From: Pyrinomonadaceae bacterium
GTDB lineage: Bacteria > Acidobacteriota > Blastocatellia > Pyrinomonadales > Pyrinomonadaceae
Direction: 5' to 3'
NCBI GenBank assembly: GCA_036003745.1
Contig: DASYSD010000019.1
Coordinates: forward strand, 1,500-65,499
DNA: 64,000 nucleotides
Under the pieces are notes generated by a model. It did not search any database. It was not told where the DNA came from and saw only the letters and a program-made list of their open reading frames with translations. Both the position numbers and the translations under genes were made by a program. Shown piece after piece: positions 9,279-21,700 of this stretch. The first letter of the stretch is position 1, and the number at the start of each line of letters is the position of its first letter.

Positions 9279-11528
9279 TTATCTCTGAACGTCGTACTGA
9301 GAAGAAGTTGCGACCAGGTAGACCGCTGCTCGTGCGCGCTTCTGGTTACGTGTCGTGACGTTTGCATCGTTGATCGCATTCATCGACGTGATAATCGAGC
9401 TGCGCATCTGGGAATGCATCGTGCCATGCAGGAGCAATGTGTCGAGCGCGTTCACTACGTCGACCGGATTGCCTGCGAGGGCCTCGAGATTTGCGATGTC
9501 GATCGATGTGCCACGCGGTCGATCGGGACTGGCGGGCGTGGGCGTCGTGTTGTTGATGGGCACGCCGCTATAGATCAACCTGTCGATATTATTGGCGCGA
9601 CGCAACGTGGTGGTCGTCGAAAGAATGCCGAATGCCGGGCCCAGTATTTTTATTCCCGGCACTTCATATGCCGGCTGGTAATAGCTGAACACAGTCGGCG
9701 GCTGGAATATCGGCTGGTCCAGAGTGCCGGTGAAGTCTCTATCGTTAGCTCTGTTTCCAAGAACGCCGTCACTGGTCGATGTTTTGTCAAACGATTTGAC
9801 GTTGAAGGCACGCAGGAAACCGGTGATGTACTGCGCCGGTTCGCGCAACTTGCCGTAGTTTGGATCAGTCTTCAGATCGCCGCGTGCTTCCGGATCGAGG
9901 AGTATCGCCTGAACGACGAGCTTCAGGTTTCCGCGAACATTTGAACAGCCCTGCGGATAGAGCCCGCTGCAATCGTTGTTGAAGACTTTTGCGACACGCT
10001 CAACATAAGCCGGACTAGGATTACTCGTCACCAGATGTTGAATTAACTGTTTGCCGATGAATGGTCCAACATTTGGATGATTAGCCAGGTGATTCATCAC
10101 CGCTGTCATGTCTGACTGGGCACAGGCAATGTTTGCAGTCCCGTTTGGACTGTTGCACGCCGGGATGCTGAAGCCATTCAAAAGCGTCTTTGCGCCTGGA
10201 TCGTGATTCTGACCACCACGCGGAAACATCGGATCGCGGTAGTTAGTAATGCCGGCACTAATTGCGGTCGCGAAATTCCAACCGGTAAACACGCGCGTAA
10301 ACTCATTCACATCGGCCTGCGTGTAGGTCGGAATCGTGTTGCCTTGTGCGTCACGTTGCGGCGTTCCGTCTGGATTGAGAACGTCGGTGCCGATCGAGAA
10401 GAGCTGCAGCACTTCCCGCGCAAAGTTCTCGTTCGGACTTGTTCGCGTGCTGAGACGCATGTCGAGATACTCACCCATCGCAGGCGTGAGAGTGATCTCG
10501 TTAAGCAGCGTCTGGTAACTACCAAACGCATTTCGATCCAGCGCTTGCAAATAGACAGTCATCCAACTCGGCCGATTGACCTCGCTGTTTGCGGAAACCA
10601 CCAGAATCTGGTGTAAGGCAAAGGCCACACGTTGTCGCAACTGGTCGTTTCCATAAAGTGCATTGCTGAAGAATGTACGGTGCAGCGGATAGATCGTGTA
10701 GAAATCACGAAGACAAACCTGCTGGTTGTAGTTCGGATCAATAGAAGTTGTTGGACACTGCTGGTTCGAATCGTCGAGCGGGAAGGTTAAATCGGGATAA
10801 TTTGAACCCTTTGCAGCGTTACTCGGTGGCAGACTGAACTGTTCGTTGAGGTAAGCCATGAAACCCATGGCTTTTACGCGTGCGACTTCAGCAGACGTTG
10901 GTCCCCAACTAGCTTGTTCAAGAAAACGAACCGTGTCGGCGTCAGAAGCTGGGCCGGTAAACGGATCCGGAACCAATACTGCATCGGCGCCGGGCGGAGT
11001 CTGTGGAGCTGGAGTCGCAACAGCGCCTAAATCGTCGGCTGGTCCACCGCCCTCGTGTCCAATCGCAACTCTTACTCGATTACTCGCCATTCCGTGGAGA
11101 TTGAGACGTAGTAAAACGTCGCCCACGTCGCCGAGGTCATCTGCAAGTCTGACGACGATCATCGTGATTCCGGGGAAGTTTGGGACCTGGCCAACATATT
11201 CGACACGCAGTGGATAGACCTTTCCGCTCGCGTCCTGAGCATCAGACGTAAAAGCGTTCGCGCCTTCTCCCGGTAGGAGCTCGAGGTCCATAGCGAAAAT
11301 GCAGATTCGGGTTCGTGTATCGGTGCTCGTCAGAGGCAAAGATGAAATTACGGAAAACGGTTCGGCCTTAAACGAAACCGATTCGAAAGCTACGGCCCGC
11401 GTACTTGCCGTCTGGCTAATCAGGACTGGTTTCTTATTGGTGGCGGCGTTTGCTGTGATAAAGCAGGCAAACAGAAGAAAAGGGAAGAAAAAGCCCTTAA
11501 CAGCGCAGCGGAGACAGCTGGTTCTCAT
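9279..11528 (-). CDS. DUF1800 family protein with an extra N-terminal ~130-aa module
   Basis: Signal peptide. DUF1800-like blocks FLEQASWGPT, MGEYLDM, ENFAREVLQLFSIG and YTQADVNEFTRVFTGW. The gene ends 5 nt upstream of the DUF1501 gene. Confidence 0.85.
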   Translation of the reverse strand: MRTSCLRCAVKGFFFPFLLFACFITANAATNKKPVLISQTASTRAVAFESVSFKAEPFSVISSLPLTSTDTRTRICIFAMDLELLPGEGANAFTSDAQDASGKVYPLRVEYVGQVPNFPGITMIVVRLADDLGDVGDVLLRLNLHGMASNRVRVAIGHEGGGPADDLGAVATPAPQTPPGADAVLVPDPFTGPASDADTVRFLEQASWGPTSAEVARVKAMGFMAYLNEQFSLPPSNAAKGSNYPDLTFPLDDSNQQCPTTSIDPNYNQQVCLRDFYTIYPLHRTFFSNALYGNDQLRQRVAFALHQILVVSANSEVNRPSWMTVYLQALDRNAFGSYQTLLNEITLTPAMGEYLDMRLSTRTSPNENFAREVLQLFSIGTDVLNPDGTPQRDAQGNTIPTYTQADVNEFTRVFTGWNFATAISAGITNYRDPMFPRGGQNHDPGAKTLLNGFSIPACNSPNGTANIACAQSDMTAVMNHLANHPNVGPFIGKQLIQHLVTSNPSPAYVERVAKVFNNDCSGLYPQGCSNVRGNLKLVVQAILLDPEARGDLKTDPNYGKLREPAQYITGFLRAFNVKSFDKTSTSDGVLGNRANDRDFTGTLDQPIFQPPTVFSYYQPAYEVPGIKILGPAFGILSTTTTLRRANNIDRLIYSGVPINNTTPTPASPDRPRGTSIDIANLEALAGNPVDVVNALDTLLLHGTMHSQMRSSIITSMNAINDANVTTRNQKRARAAVYLVATSSQYDVQR

Positions 11529-11784
11529 AAAGGGATCCGCTCCAACACGATTTCCGAAAATGACTCTAGGTTCAGGTGAGGTAATTCACTCGTTCGAGGG
11601 GCCACCATGGTCCGTAACCAGGTTGAAGTCAATATACCATTTTGGCTTCGGACCTCATCAAGAAATTTTTGACGAGCCCGGATGATTAGACGAAACGCAC
11701 CATGTACTGGTCTGAATTTTGTTTCCGGTGAACAAAAACCTACCCACCCGCTTTTGCGGGGGATACCGCTTTGCACGAGAGGCA

Positions 11785-11816
11785 AAAATCCCACCGACTA
11801 CCGCCGGTGGGATTTT
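11785..11816. terminator. Symmetric terminator-like hairpin (AAAATCCCACCG / CGGTGGGATTTT) between divergent genes
   Basis: 12-bp perfect stem with an 8-nt loop, flanked by an A-run and a T-run. The stem sequence is related to the hairpin at 63857-63886. Confidence 0.4.
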
Positions 11817-11908
11817 CTGATTCTTGTGCAAAACGGGGCTGTACTGACCGGTCTAAAAATTCGCCAATAAATAGTGCTTAAAACAACCCCAAAAAACCGA
11901 ACTTCTTA

Positions 11909-11938
11909 TTGACAGCAATCTGTCAACTGCTCTAAGGT
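11909..11938 (+). promoter_or_regulatory. Candidate sigma-70 promoter with an overlapping operator-like palindrome
   Basis: TTGACA (11909-11914), an 18-nt spacer, then TAAGGT (11933-11938). The -35 box sits inside the perfect palindrome TTGACAG-CAAT-CTGTCAA (11909-11926). Confidence 0.3.
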
Positions 11939-12219
11939 CCTTCACCGTTGGTTCGTATCGAACATTCGTCGAATTAAGACACGCTTTCTTCCCAGAAAAG
12001 CCCAGCCCTCGCAAGTGTCTGAATCCGCGATCTACTCGATCCTGAGTCTCCTTCCAGCTCAGGCTCCTGTCAAAGTTTACGCTCCGGTTAGGTCTCTTTG
12101 ACTGCTTGTAAATGAACTCGGCGGGAACTCCGAGCGGCGTTCCTACTATCTACAACCGTATTTATTTTACCGAAACGTCCAAGTTGCAAAAGTGAATACC
12201 CCCGATTGAGGAGAACTGT

Positions 12220-12684
12220 ATGAAGTGCCTGCTTCCCATCTTCCTGCTTTCGCTGACAACGCTGGTCTCAACCCACAGTGCTACGACCTACAACGGCACC
12301 GTAAACGGCAGTCAAACTGCATCGGCTGAAAGTGGAAGTGTGGTGTTTAATCTCAGCGCAACTGGTGAACTCCCCGGCATGCTTAGCCTCACCGTCAGAC
12401 ACGAAGGCGGCAACATTACCGGCGGTACATGGAAGTTAACTGTCCTTCCCGCAAATGCGGATGCCACCTCGAGTGAAAATGGCACGCTAACGGGAAGTTT
12501 TTCAGCCGGTACGTTAACGCTCGATGCGAATGGCATCGCCACTGCGGCCAGTTCGGTCCAACTCAACGTGCAAAGCGGAACTGGACAGTTCGAAGCGATC
12601 ACCGGCGGCACCGGAACCCTGAGCCTTTCAGCAGATCCTGAAAACTCGAGCAAACTCGGCGGTCCACTCGCACTCAGTTTTTGA
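12220..12684 (+). CDS. Small secreted protein (154 aa), Ser/Thr/Gly-rich, first gene of the RHS locus
   Basis: GAGGAG RBS upstream of the ATG. Signal peptide MKCLLPIFLLSLTTLVSTHSA. No recognisable family. Confidence 0.7.
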   Translation: MKCLLPIFLLSLTTLVSTHSATTYNGTVNGSQTASAESGSVVFNLSATGELPGMLSLTVRHEGGNITGGTWKLTVLPANADATSSENGTLTGSFSAGTLTLDANGIATAASSVQLNVQSGTGQFEAITGGTGTLSLSADPENSSKLGGPLALSF

Positions 12685-12763
12685 AGTTTTAGATCACTAA
12701 ACCAAACAGATTCACCCTTTGGCGTGTCCCCCCGACCGCGCCTTTATCAATAAGGAGCCCGAA

Positions 12764-15700
12764 ATGTTCCCCACCCCTCAGAGAACAAACACTCGTCAAC
12801 CGTCTGCTTTCATCGCACCGCGCTTCATCGCCCTGCTGCTGATCTACGTTCTCGTGATGCAGACGCTTGCACCCCCCGCTTTCGCGGCTCCAAAGCCCGG
12901 TTTTGCGTTCTCGTGGCCTGACAGCCACAACTCGTTACTCTCCATTTTCAAAAAGCCAAAGGCAAACAAACCAGCGACGGCAGCGACCATACCTATGGTC
13001 CAGCCTGCGACTGAAGAGTTCGGCGTCGTTCTGACACCGCTAAACACGTCATTCGCCGGACACGTCGGTATCGAACATCATCAGCCATTACGCAAACTAG
13101 TGGTCTCGGCCAACAACCCGAGCGGGATGCCCAATAACTTCGAGTCGCTCGATGCCGATGGCACGCACCGGCCGCACTCGAACGTCGCCGGACTTACCGG
13201 CGGTTTGAAGATCGCGACGGCTCGCGACAGCGGCACGGGCATGAGTCTTGGCGGCTTCAACCCAGGGGAGTTGTTTAGTGGCACGGGTGTGCCTGGAGTT
13301 ATTGCGCGCATCGCTGCTGATGGAGCCACGATACAAAATCCATGGGTCACACTCGACGACGAAACCGGACTCGACGGCGGTCTGTTTATTGATCGCACTG
13401 GTGTCTTTGGTGGCGACCTCATCGTTGTGACTTCGATGGGTGGAGTGTGGCGTGTTACTGCCGCCGGCGCAGCTACACGCATCGCGAATCTCAACACGCC
13501 GCTGGAAGGCGTCACGACAGTTCCAAACGACGAAGCCAACTATGGTCCATGGGCCGGCAAGATCCTGGCGGGCGCGAAAACGCAGAACGCCATCTACGCC
13601 ATCGACGCACAGGGCGCTTCCACCAGTTACCCGATCAGCATCTCGCCGCAGGATATCCAGATCATTCCGGCACATGAGAATTTCTACGGTATCGATCCGG
13701 CAGGAAGCAAAATCTGGGGCGCACCTGACGACGCTTTCGCCGGCATCATCGGCGACATCCTGATCGCGCAAGGATCGCCGGGCGTGCTGCTGCGCGTCAG
13801 TTGGAACGGTTCGGAGTTTGAAGCCGGTCAGATCGCTCAGGTATCGAGTTGGAAACAGATCACTTTCTCACCTGCTGCTCTTTCTCAAATCGAAGGTGTC
13901 AAACAGTTCTACGACAAGATCGCAGTTGTACGGCACGCACCTGAACTCAACAGCGGCCGTGTCGAAGGCGCACTATGGCAACTCCTGCCTGAGAATCTCG
14001 CTCTGGATGGCACTGATGTCATCACCTCCGATCTGCTCGTTCCGGGTACACCTACTGTAACGATTGGCAGCGGAAACCCGACTTTCGGCGGCGTGATACC
14101 GGGTGTGGAAAACACTCAGCCCACGGGCTACTCGATCACAATCAGCAATAACGCTCACTTGCGTCATGTCATTACGCGCACCAATCCGATCAGTCTGATG
14201 CCGATTCTTTTGCCGCCCGCTCCCAGCGGCACGCGCGATGTTTCGTTGACTGAGGCCGACGAAACGATCGGTGATCCGGCGACGTTGCGCCATCTTAGTA
14301 TTTCAGGTAAGGCCGGTGCAGTTGTCGTCCCACCAGGCACGTACGGCAGGTTCGCGGCCAGCGGCCACACGGCTTTTGTTCTCGGCGTCGAGGGAACCAC
14401 TGTGCCCAGTGTCTACAACCTCGAGGAGTTGTCGCTGCTGGGCGGCAGTGAGTTACGTGTAGTTGGCCCAGTCAAGCTCACGGTAAAGACAAACGTGACT
14501 CTGGTCGGCTCTGCAGTCGGCGCGCCGGACGATCCAACGCGATTATTGCTGCAGGTGGCCCAGGGCACGGTCAGTGTTTCCGGCAATGCCGTGCTCTACG
14601 GCATCATCCGCAACCCGCAGGGCATGGTCAGTATTCCCGGCACTGGACGCATTCGCGGTACTGTCACCTGCGATCGACTTTTTATCGACGGAAACGGCAT
14701 CCTCCAAATTGTTTACAGCGACGTGGCGCCTCCGCCGGTTAATCGTCCGCCTACAGTCGATGCCGGACCAGATCAGACCATCACACTGCCGACCGACACA
14801 GTCAGTCTGAACGGCATCGCCACCGACGATGGCTTGCCGGTGCTGAGCACGCTGGTCACTACATGGACCAAAGTATCAGGCCCCGGTCCAGTTACTTTCA
14901 GCAATCCAGACAATCCAGTTACATCGGCGACTTTCACCGAGCCGGGCACTTACGTGCTCCGTCTCACAGCAAACGACTCACTGCTTACTGTCTTCGACGA
15001 GATGTCGGTTGAAGTCATTCCGCGTAATCAGCCACCAGAGGTAAACGCGGGACCCGATCAAACCATTGAACTTCCACATACGGCGACGATGGCCGGCGTG
15101 GTGACTGATGACGGATTGCCGCGCGGCTCGACCGTGACCAGGACGTGGAGTGTCGTAAATGGCCCTGGTGCGGTTACGTTTGCGGACGTTCATGATCTAT
15201 CGACTGTCGTCACCTTCGCAGCACCCGGCGACTACACCCTGCGTCTGACTGCAAACGATACCGAATTCACTGTGAGCGACGACGTCGTCATCACGGTCCA
15301 TCCGGAGAATCAGCCGCCGGTTGTTAATGCCGGACCAGACCAAACTGTGCGTCTCCCGGCCGCCGTCACTCTCAATGGCAGCGCAACCGATGATGGTTGG
15401 CCGTTTGGCAGCACTTTGACTACAAGTTGGACCAAAGTCTCAGGTCCCGGTGCGGTTACTTTCGCTAACGCCGCATCACCAGTAACCACCGCGCAGTTCA
15501 GTATCGAGGGAACCTACGTTCTCCGTCTCACGGCCGATGACTCACGCTTCACTGTCAGCGATGAGTGCACTATCACCGTGCTACCAGCGAACACTCCGCC
15601 GGTGGTCAACGCCGGTCCGGATCAGCAACTCACCTTCCTGCAATCGGCGACACTCAACGGAACCGCGAATGACGACGGATTGCCCGTGGGAAGTGTGGTC

Positions 15701-18700
15701 GAAGTTGGCTGGACCAAGGTGTCTGGTCCAGGCACCGTTACTTTCGGCAGTCCCGAAAACCCGATAAGTCAGGCCTCTTTCAGCGCGCCCGGCACCTACG
15801 TTCTGCGCCTGACAGGCACTGACAGTCAATTCTCTGCTGAAGACGAAGCGACAATTGTCGTCAATCCACTACCACATGCTTCTAAAGTCTACACGCTGAA
15901 TGCTGACTTCGATCTCGGCAGCATGATCAACCTCACACACAACCCGGCCGAACAATTGCAACTCGACGAGACAAGCCACAGCTTCAAATTTATGTGGGTC
16001 GCCGTCTCGACGAAGGGCACGGTAGTAAAGATCAACACTGAGACCGGACAGATCATCGGCGAGTACTTCACTTCGCCCAACGGCCAGCCGCGCGATCCAT
16101 CACGCACCACTGTGGACCACAATGGCAACGTTTGGAACACCAATCGCGCCGGCAACAGCGTCGTACATATCGGACTGGTTGAAAACGGCCAATGTGTTGA
16201 CCGCAACGGCAACGGCGTGATCGATACGTCAACCGGCTTCAACAACATCCGCCCATGGACCAACGCCGGCAACGCGGATACTAACGGCGGCGTTTCCACC
16301 GCACAGGACGAGTGCATACTGCACTACACGCGCGTCAACTCATTCGGCACACGGCACGTCGCTGTAAACACGGACAACGATATCTGGGTGAGCGGCACGA
16401 GCGGTCAACGCTTCGATCTGATTGACGGCGTGACCGGCCAGATCAAACGAGCTGAACTCTCCGTGGGCTTCGGCGGTTACGGTGGGTTGATCGATCGCAA
16501 CGGTGTGATCTGGTCGGCGAACCCCATGCTGCGTTGGGACACCAGCAAGCCTCTGAACGGGCCGAACGGAGTGAACTGGCGTGGTTACAGCCATCCCAGT
16601 TATGGACTCTGTATCGACAGCCTTGGCAACGTCTATAACACGTCGTATGGCAACGGCACGATACGCAAGTTCTCACCGGACGGCACCCTCATCGGTTCAT
16701 TCAACCAGGGCTCACCCTGGTCGCAGGGATGCGTTGTCGATCGGAACGATCACGTCTGGATCGCTCATTCGCTCAATACAAACACCGTCGGACACATGAA
16801 GAGCAACGGTGTTTACATCGGCACGATCACTGTGGGCAGTGGTCCAACGGGCGTGGCGGTAGACGGCGACGGCAAGATCTGGTCAACAAACTACAACAGC
16901 AGAACTGTTTCGCGCATCAATCCTGCGCTTGGTCCAATCGGCGGCGATGGCGTGACGCGCGTTGGCGCGGTTGAGTTCACCACCATCGATCTCGGCGGTA
17001 ATCCCTACAACTACAGCGACATGACTGGCAGCACGCTGACCGGCGCACCGAATACGGGCACCTGGTCGGTTGTTTTCGACAGTCAGCTAGCAGGTGCTGA
17101 CTGGAGTCGCATTGGTTGGACTACACAAGTCTGCAGCGACGGTCTAATCACCGTTTCGCTTGCGACCAGCACGGACAACGTCAACTTCAGTACGCCTGTC
17201 ATCGTCTCGAACGGCGCAGATCCTGTCGTTCCGAACGGACGCTACGCCCGGATTACGGTCAGGCTTGACCGAGCCACGACTGGCGAGACCCCGATCCTTT
17301 ACGACCTTTCGATCGGTACCGTCGGCTTCCCGCTCGATGTTCCCGCCAATGTCGCGCCGGGTGTCGACGCGGGACCGGATCAGACCCTCGACGGGGTTAC
17401 TCAAGCAACCCTGAATGCTTCGGTCTGCGATGACGCGCTGCCCAGCAACCAGAAGCTCTCCATGACCTGGTCCAAGGTTAGTGGTCCAGGCACGGTCACA
17501 TTCGCCAAGCCAAACTTGCCCGACACCACGGCTACGTTCAGCGCTATCGGCACTTATACGCTGAGGTTTACGGCAAGTGATTCGGTACACACGACCAGCG
17601 ACACGCTCGTCGTTACTGTATTGCCTGGTAACCAGGCGCCAGTTGTAAACGCAGGGGCCGATGTAACAGTCGACTCATGTAACGCAACCTTGAACGGCAC
17701 GGTTACTGACGACGGTAAACCGGCAAACGGAACGCTGCTGATCACATGGAACAAGCTTAACGGTCCCGGCGTCGTCACGTTCGCTTCTCCAAACTCCGCT
17801 TCCACCGGCGTCACCTTCAGCAAGGCGGGGGTTTACGTACTACGACTGTCAGCCGGCGATGGGGCCCTGGGCGGCAGCGACGACGTGATCGTTACGGTGC
17901 GGGCCAGTGGTGCGCCGTTCTATTACGAACTGACAAACTATCTGAGCGTAAACAACAGTCCGTTCAGAAATCTCAACAATACTTATTTCCATCTAGAGAA
18001 TTTCGAGGATCACCTTTTCAACACCCCCGGTGTGACTACCAGTGCCGGCGGTGTCACCAGTGTTGTCTTTGGTCCAAGTGCTCACGATTCTGTAGACGCC
18101 GACGATGGCGCCATCGACGGCACCAGCCTGGCAGGTGACGGCTACTTCAGCGCTAATGCCGCCGCCGGTATCAAGTTCACCTTTAACGCTGCTGTGCTCG
18201 GCTCGTTGCCCACGCACGCGGGACTTGTTTGGACGGATGGCGCGGGTACGGTGAGCTTCGAGGCCTTCGATAGTCAGGGCGTCTCGATGGGAGTTCGCGG
18301 TCCCTTCAACCTTCCTGATGGTTCGAACTTTGGAACGACTGCTGAGGACACTTTCTTCGGCGTGTATAACCGCGGTGGTATTTCCGCGATCAGGATTCTT
18401 AACACCGTTGGCGGAATCGAAATCGATCACTTGCAGTATGGGTTCGAGCATTCCGATAACAATGCACCATCAGTAAGTGCGGGCGAAGATCAGGCGATCT
18501 ACTTGCCCGACACCAGCGTGACCCTGAACGGATCCGGTGTCGATGATGGCTTGCCGGCATGCGGCGGTTCACTGACTTACGCGTGGACCAAAGTTAGCGG
18601 TCCGGGAACGGTCACGTTTGCGCCGGCTAATGCCGCCGTGACTACCGCGACCTTCAGCACACCTGGCGTTTATGTACTTCGCCTGACGGGTTCCGACTCG

Positions 18701-21700
18701 GAGCTTTCAAACTTTGATGAGGTGACCGTCAGATTCAACCAACCCAATCAGGCCCCGGTGGTTAATGCCGGCCCTGATCAAACAATCGCGCTGAACGGAA
18801 CCGCAAATCTAAACGGTTCTGTCACCGATGACGGTCTCCCAATCAACTCCACGGTCCAAGCAAGCTGGACGATGGTTAGCGGTCCTGGTCTGGTCAACTT
18901 TGACCATTCGGCGTCTGCTGTAACCACCGCCACCTTCACCGAGGCCGGCGTATACATCCTGCGTCTCAGCGCTACTGACTCTCTACTGAGTGCAAGCGAT
19001 GAGACGGTCATCACCGTCACACCACCCAACGGTGCCCCAGTAGTCAACGCAGGCGCGGATCTTGCGGTCACGCTTCCTGGTACAGCGCGATTGAACGGTA
19101 GTGTCACAGACGATGGACTGCCCACTGGCGGCGCGTTGACGGTCGCGTGGTCTCAAGTGAGTGGTCCGGGTACCACTACGTTTGCCAATGCCGCTGCGTC
19201 AGTGACTACTGCGACTTTCAGTGCCGCAGGTACTTACGTCTTGCGCCTGTCAGCCAGTGATTCGGAACTGACGGGTAGTAACGACGTCACCGTGACGGTC
19301 AATCCGGCTGCGCCCAACCAGGCCCCGGTCGTTGAAGCCGGCGCGAATCAGTCCGTTCAATTGAACGCTAATCTGGTTCAGAACGGTGGCAACGATGAAT
19401 CGCTCGTCAACGGCGAGATTCGTGCGTGGACTGAGGCAGTTGGTACGACCTGGACACGTGCGGCTTCGGGCGCGAATGGTTTTCCGGAAAGCGTCAATGG
19501 CGGCTTCTTCTTCTACGCCGGCGAAACTGCTTCGGCTGAACTGCGTCAGGACATCGACGTATCGACGTTTGCGGCCACAATTGCCGCAGGCACACAGGCG
19601 TTCGCGTTGAAGAGCTTCGTGCGCTCAGGTGCGGAGGCGACTCCTGATACGACGCGCGTCATTCTTGAGTATCGCAACGCTGCGAATACAACGATGATCG
19701 CTCGACTTGACTCGGGCGAAGTGTCATCAACCAGCGCGTGGCAATTAATTGAAGACACGCGCATCGTTCCCGCGGGCACTGGTTGGATTCGCATCCGCCT
19801 CATCGCCACGCGTCGCTCCGGAACCATTAACGACGCCTACTTCGATGCGCTTTCCTTCCGACCAGTCACAGGCTCGGGAGTAAAACTCAATGGCGTTGTC
19901 ACCGACGATGGCCTGCCGGCCGGCGGAGCATTGACCGTTACATGGTCCAAGGTCTCCGGTCCGGGTACGGTTACTTTCGCCAATGCAAACGCTGCTTCGA
20001 CGTCCGCAGTCTTCACCGACGCAGGAACCTACGTTCTGCGTTTGACTGCTGATGATTCCGCTTTCACGAACAGTGATGAGCTGACTGTTACAGTTGAAGC
20101 TGCCAACCTCGCGCCGGTCGTAAATGCCGGTGCAGATCAAACAATCACGTTGCCTGCAAATGCATCTTTGAGTGGTAGTGTGACTGATGATGGCAAACCT
20201 GCGGGCGCAAGTGTAACTTCAAGCTGGTCCAAGGTCAGCGGTCCCGGCACGGTCACATTCGCTGACGCGAGTGCTGCAAGCACAACCGCCACGTTCAGCC
20301 TACAGGGCACCTACGTGCTGCGATTGACTGCCGACGACACCGAGTACATCAGCAGCGACACCATTACGGTAACGGTCAATCCTGTTCCACCAAACCAGGC
20401 GCCCACGGTTAATGCCGGCGCAGATCAAGTTATCCAGCCTCCGGCAACAAGCGCCACGTTGGTTGGAACAGTCAACGACGATGGTCTGCCTCCGAGCAGC
20501 TCGCTGACATACTTGTGGACCAAGGTGAGCGGCCCTGGAAACGTCACCTTTAGTAATCCGACGTCGCTGACTACCAACGCCACGTTTAGTGAAGCTGGCG
20601 CCTACATCCTGCGCTTGACGGCAAACGACTCAGCGTTGTCAGGCAGCGATGATGTACGCGTCACGCTCAACGGTACGAACAAAGCACCGGTTGTGAATGC
20701 CGGTGCAGATCAGACGGTGGCCCACCCGACCACTGTTAACCTCAACGGCACTGCGACCGACGATGGCCTGCCGGTTGATAGCACCCTCTCATTTAGCTGG
20801 TCCAAGGTATCAGGTCCAGGCACAGTGACGTTCGGGTCATCTTCAGCCTTCCAGACGACGGCGGCCTTCAGCGTTGCGGGAACCTACGTTCTCCGTCTGA
20901 CAGCGACCGACACGGCGCTCTCAACCTCGGACGACCTCGTCATTACGCAAACTGCACCGCCCACGGCGAACATCAACTCCCCTGCGAGTGGCTCGACCAT
21001 CACTGGGGCAACGAACTTCATCGGGACCGTGAGTGACGGAAGTACCTGGCGTCTCGAATACAGTCTCAACGAAGACGGCGTCGCGCCTGTTTGGACCACC
21101 GTTGCTTCAGGCAATACGCCGGTGAACAACGGTCTGCTGGGCATATTCGATCCGACGGTTCTTTTGAACGGTATCTATACCGTCCGGCTCGTCGCTACCA
21201 ATAGCTCCGGTCAAACCACCACAACTTCGGTTACAGCAGTCGCTGACGGTGAGCAGAAGGTGGGTAACTTCTCACTCTCGTTCCGCGACCTTAGTGTGCC
21301 GGTTGCGGGTATCCCGATTGACATCATCCGCACGTACGACAGCCGCGACAAGCGCGTCGGTGACTTCGGTGTGGGTTGGAACATCGATATCCGTAATGCG
21401 CGACTTCAGGAAAGCACAGTGACTGGTACAGGCTGGGCCACCACGGTCAGCGGCGGTTTTCTGCCGAGCTACTGCGTACAGGCGACACGGCCTCACATCG
21501 TGACCATCACGATGTCAAACAATGAAGTCTTCAAGTTTGAGGTCGCGCTGACTCCACAGTGCGGTCAAGTTTTCCCGCTGCGCGAGACGACCATCGGATT
21601 CCGCGCTCTGCCTGGCACTAACGCCACGCTTACACCCGTCGGTGACGCGACGGTATTTATCAATGCCAGTTACCCAGGCGAAGCCGATCTGCTCGACTAC

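Noticed and set aside
14747-20950. Regularly spaced ~285-bp repeats, which could suggest a CRISPR array or satellite.
   Set aside because: The repeats lie in one continuous reading frame encoding PKD-like domains. The unit length and lack of spacers are incompatible with CRISPR.
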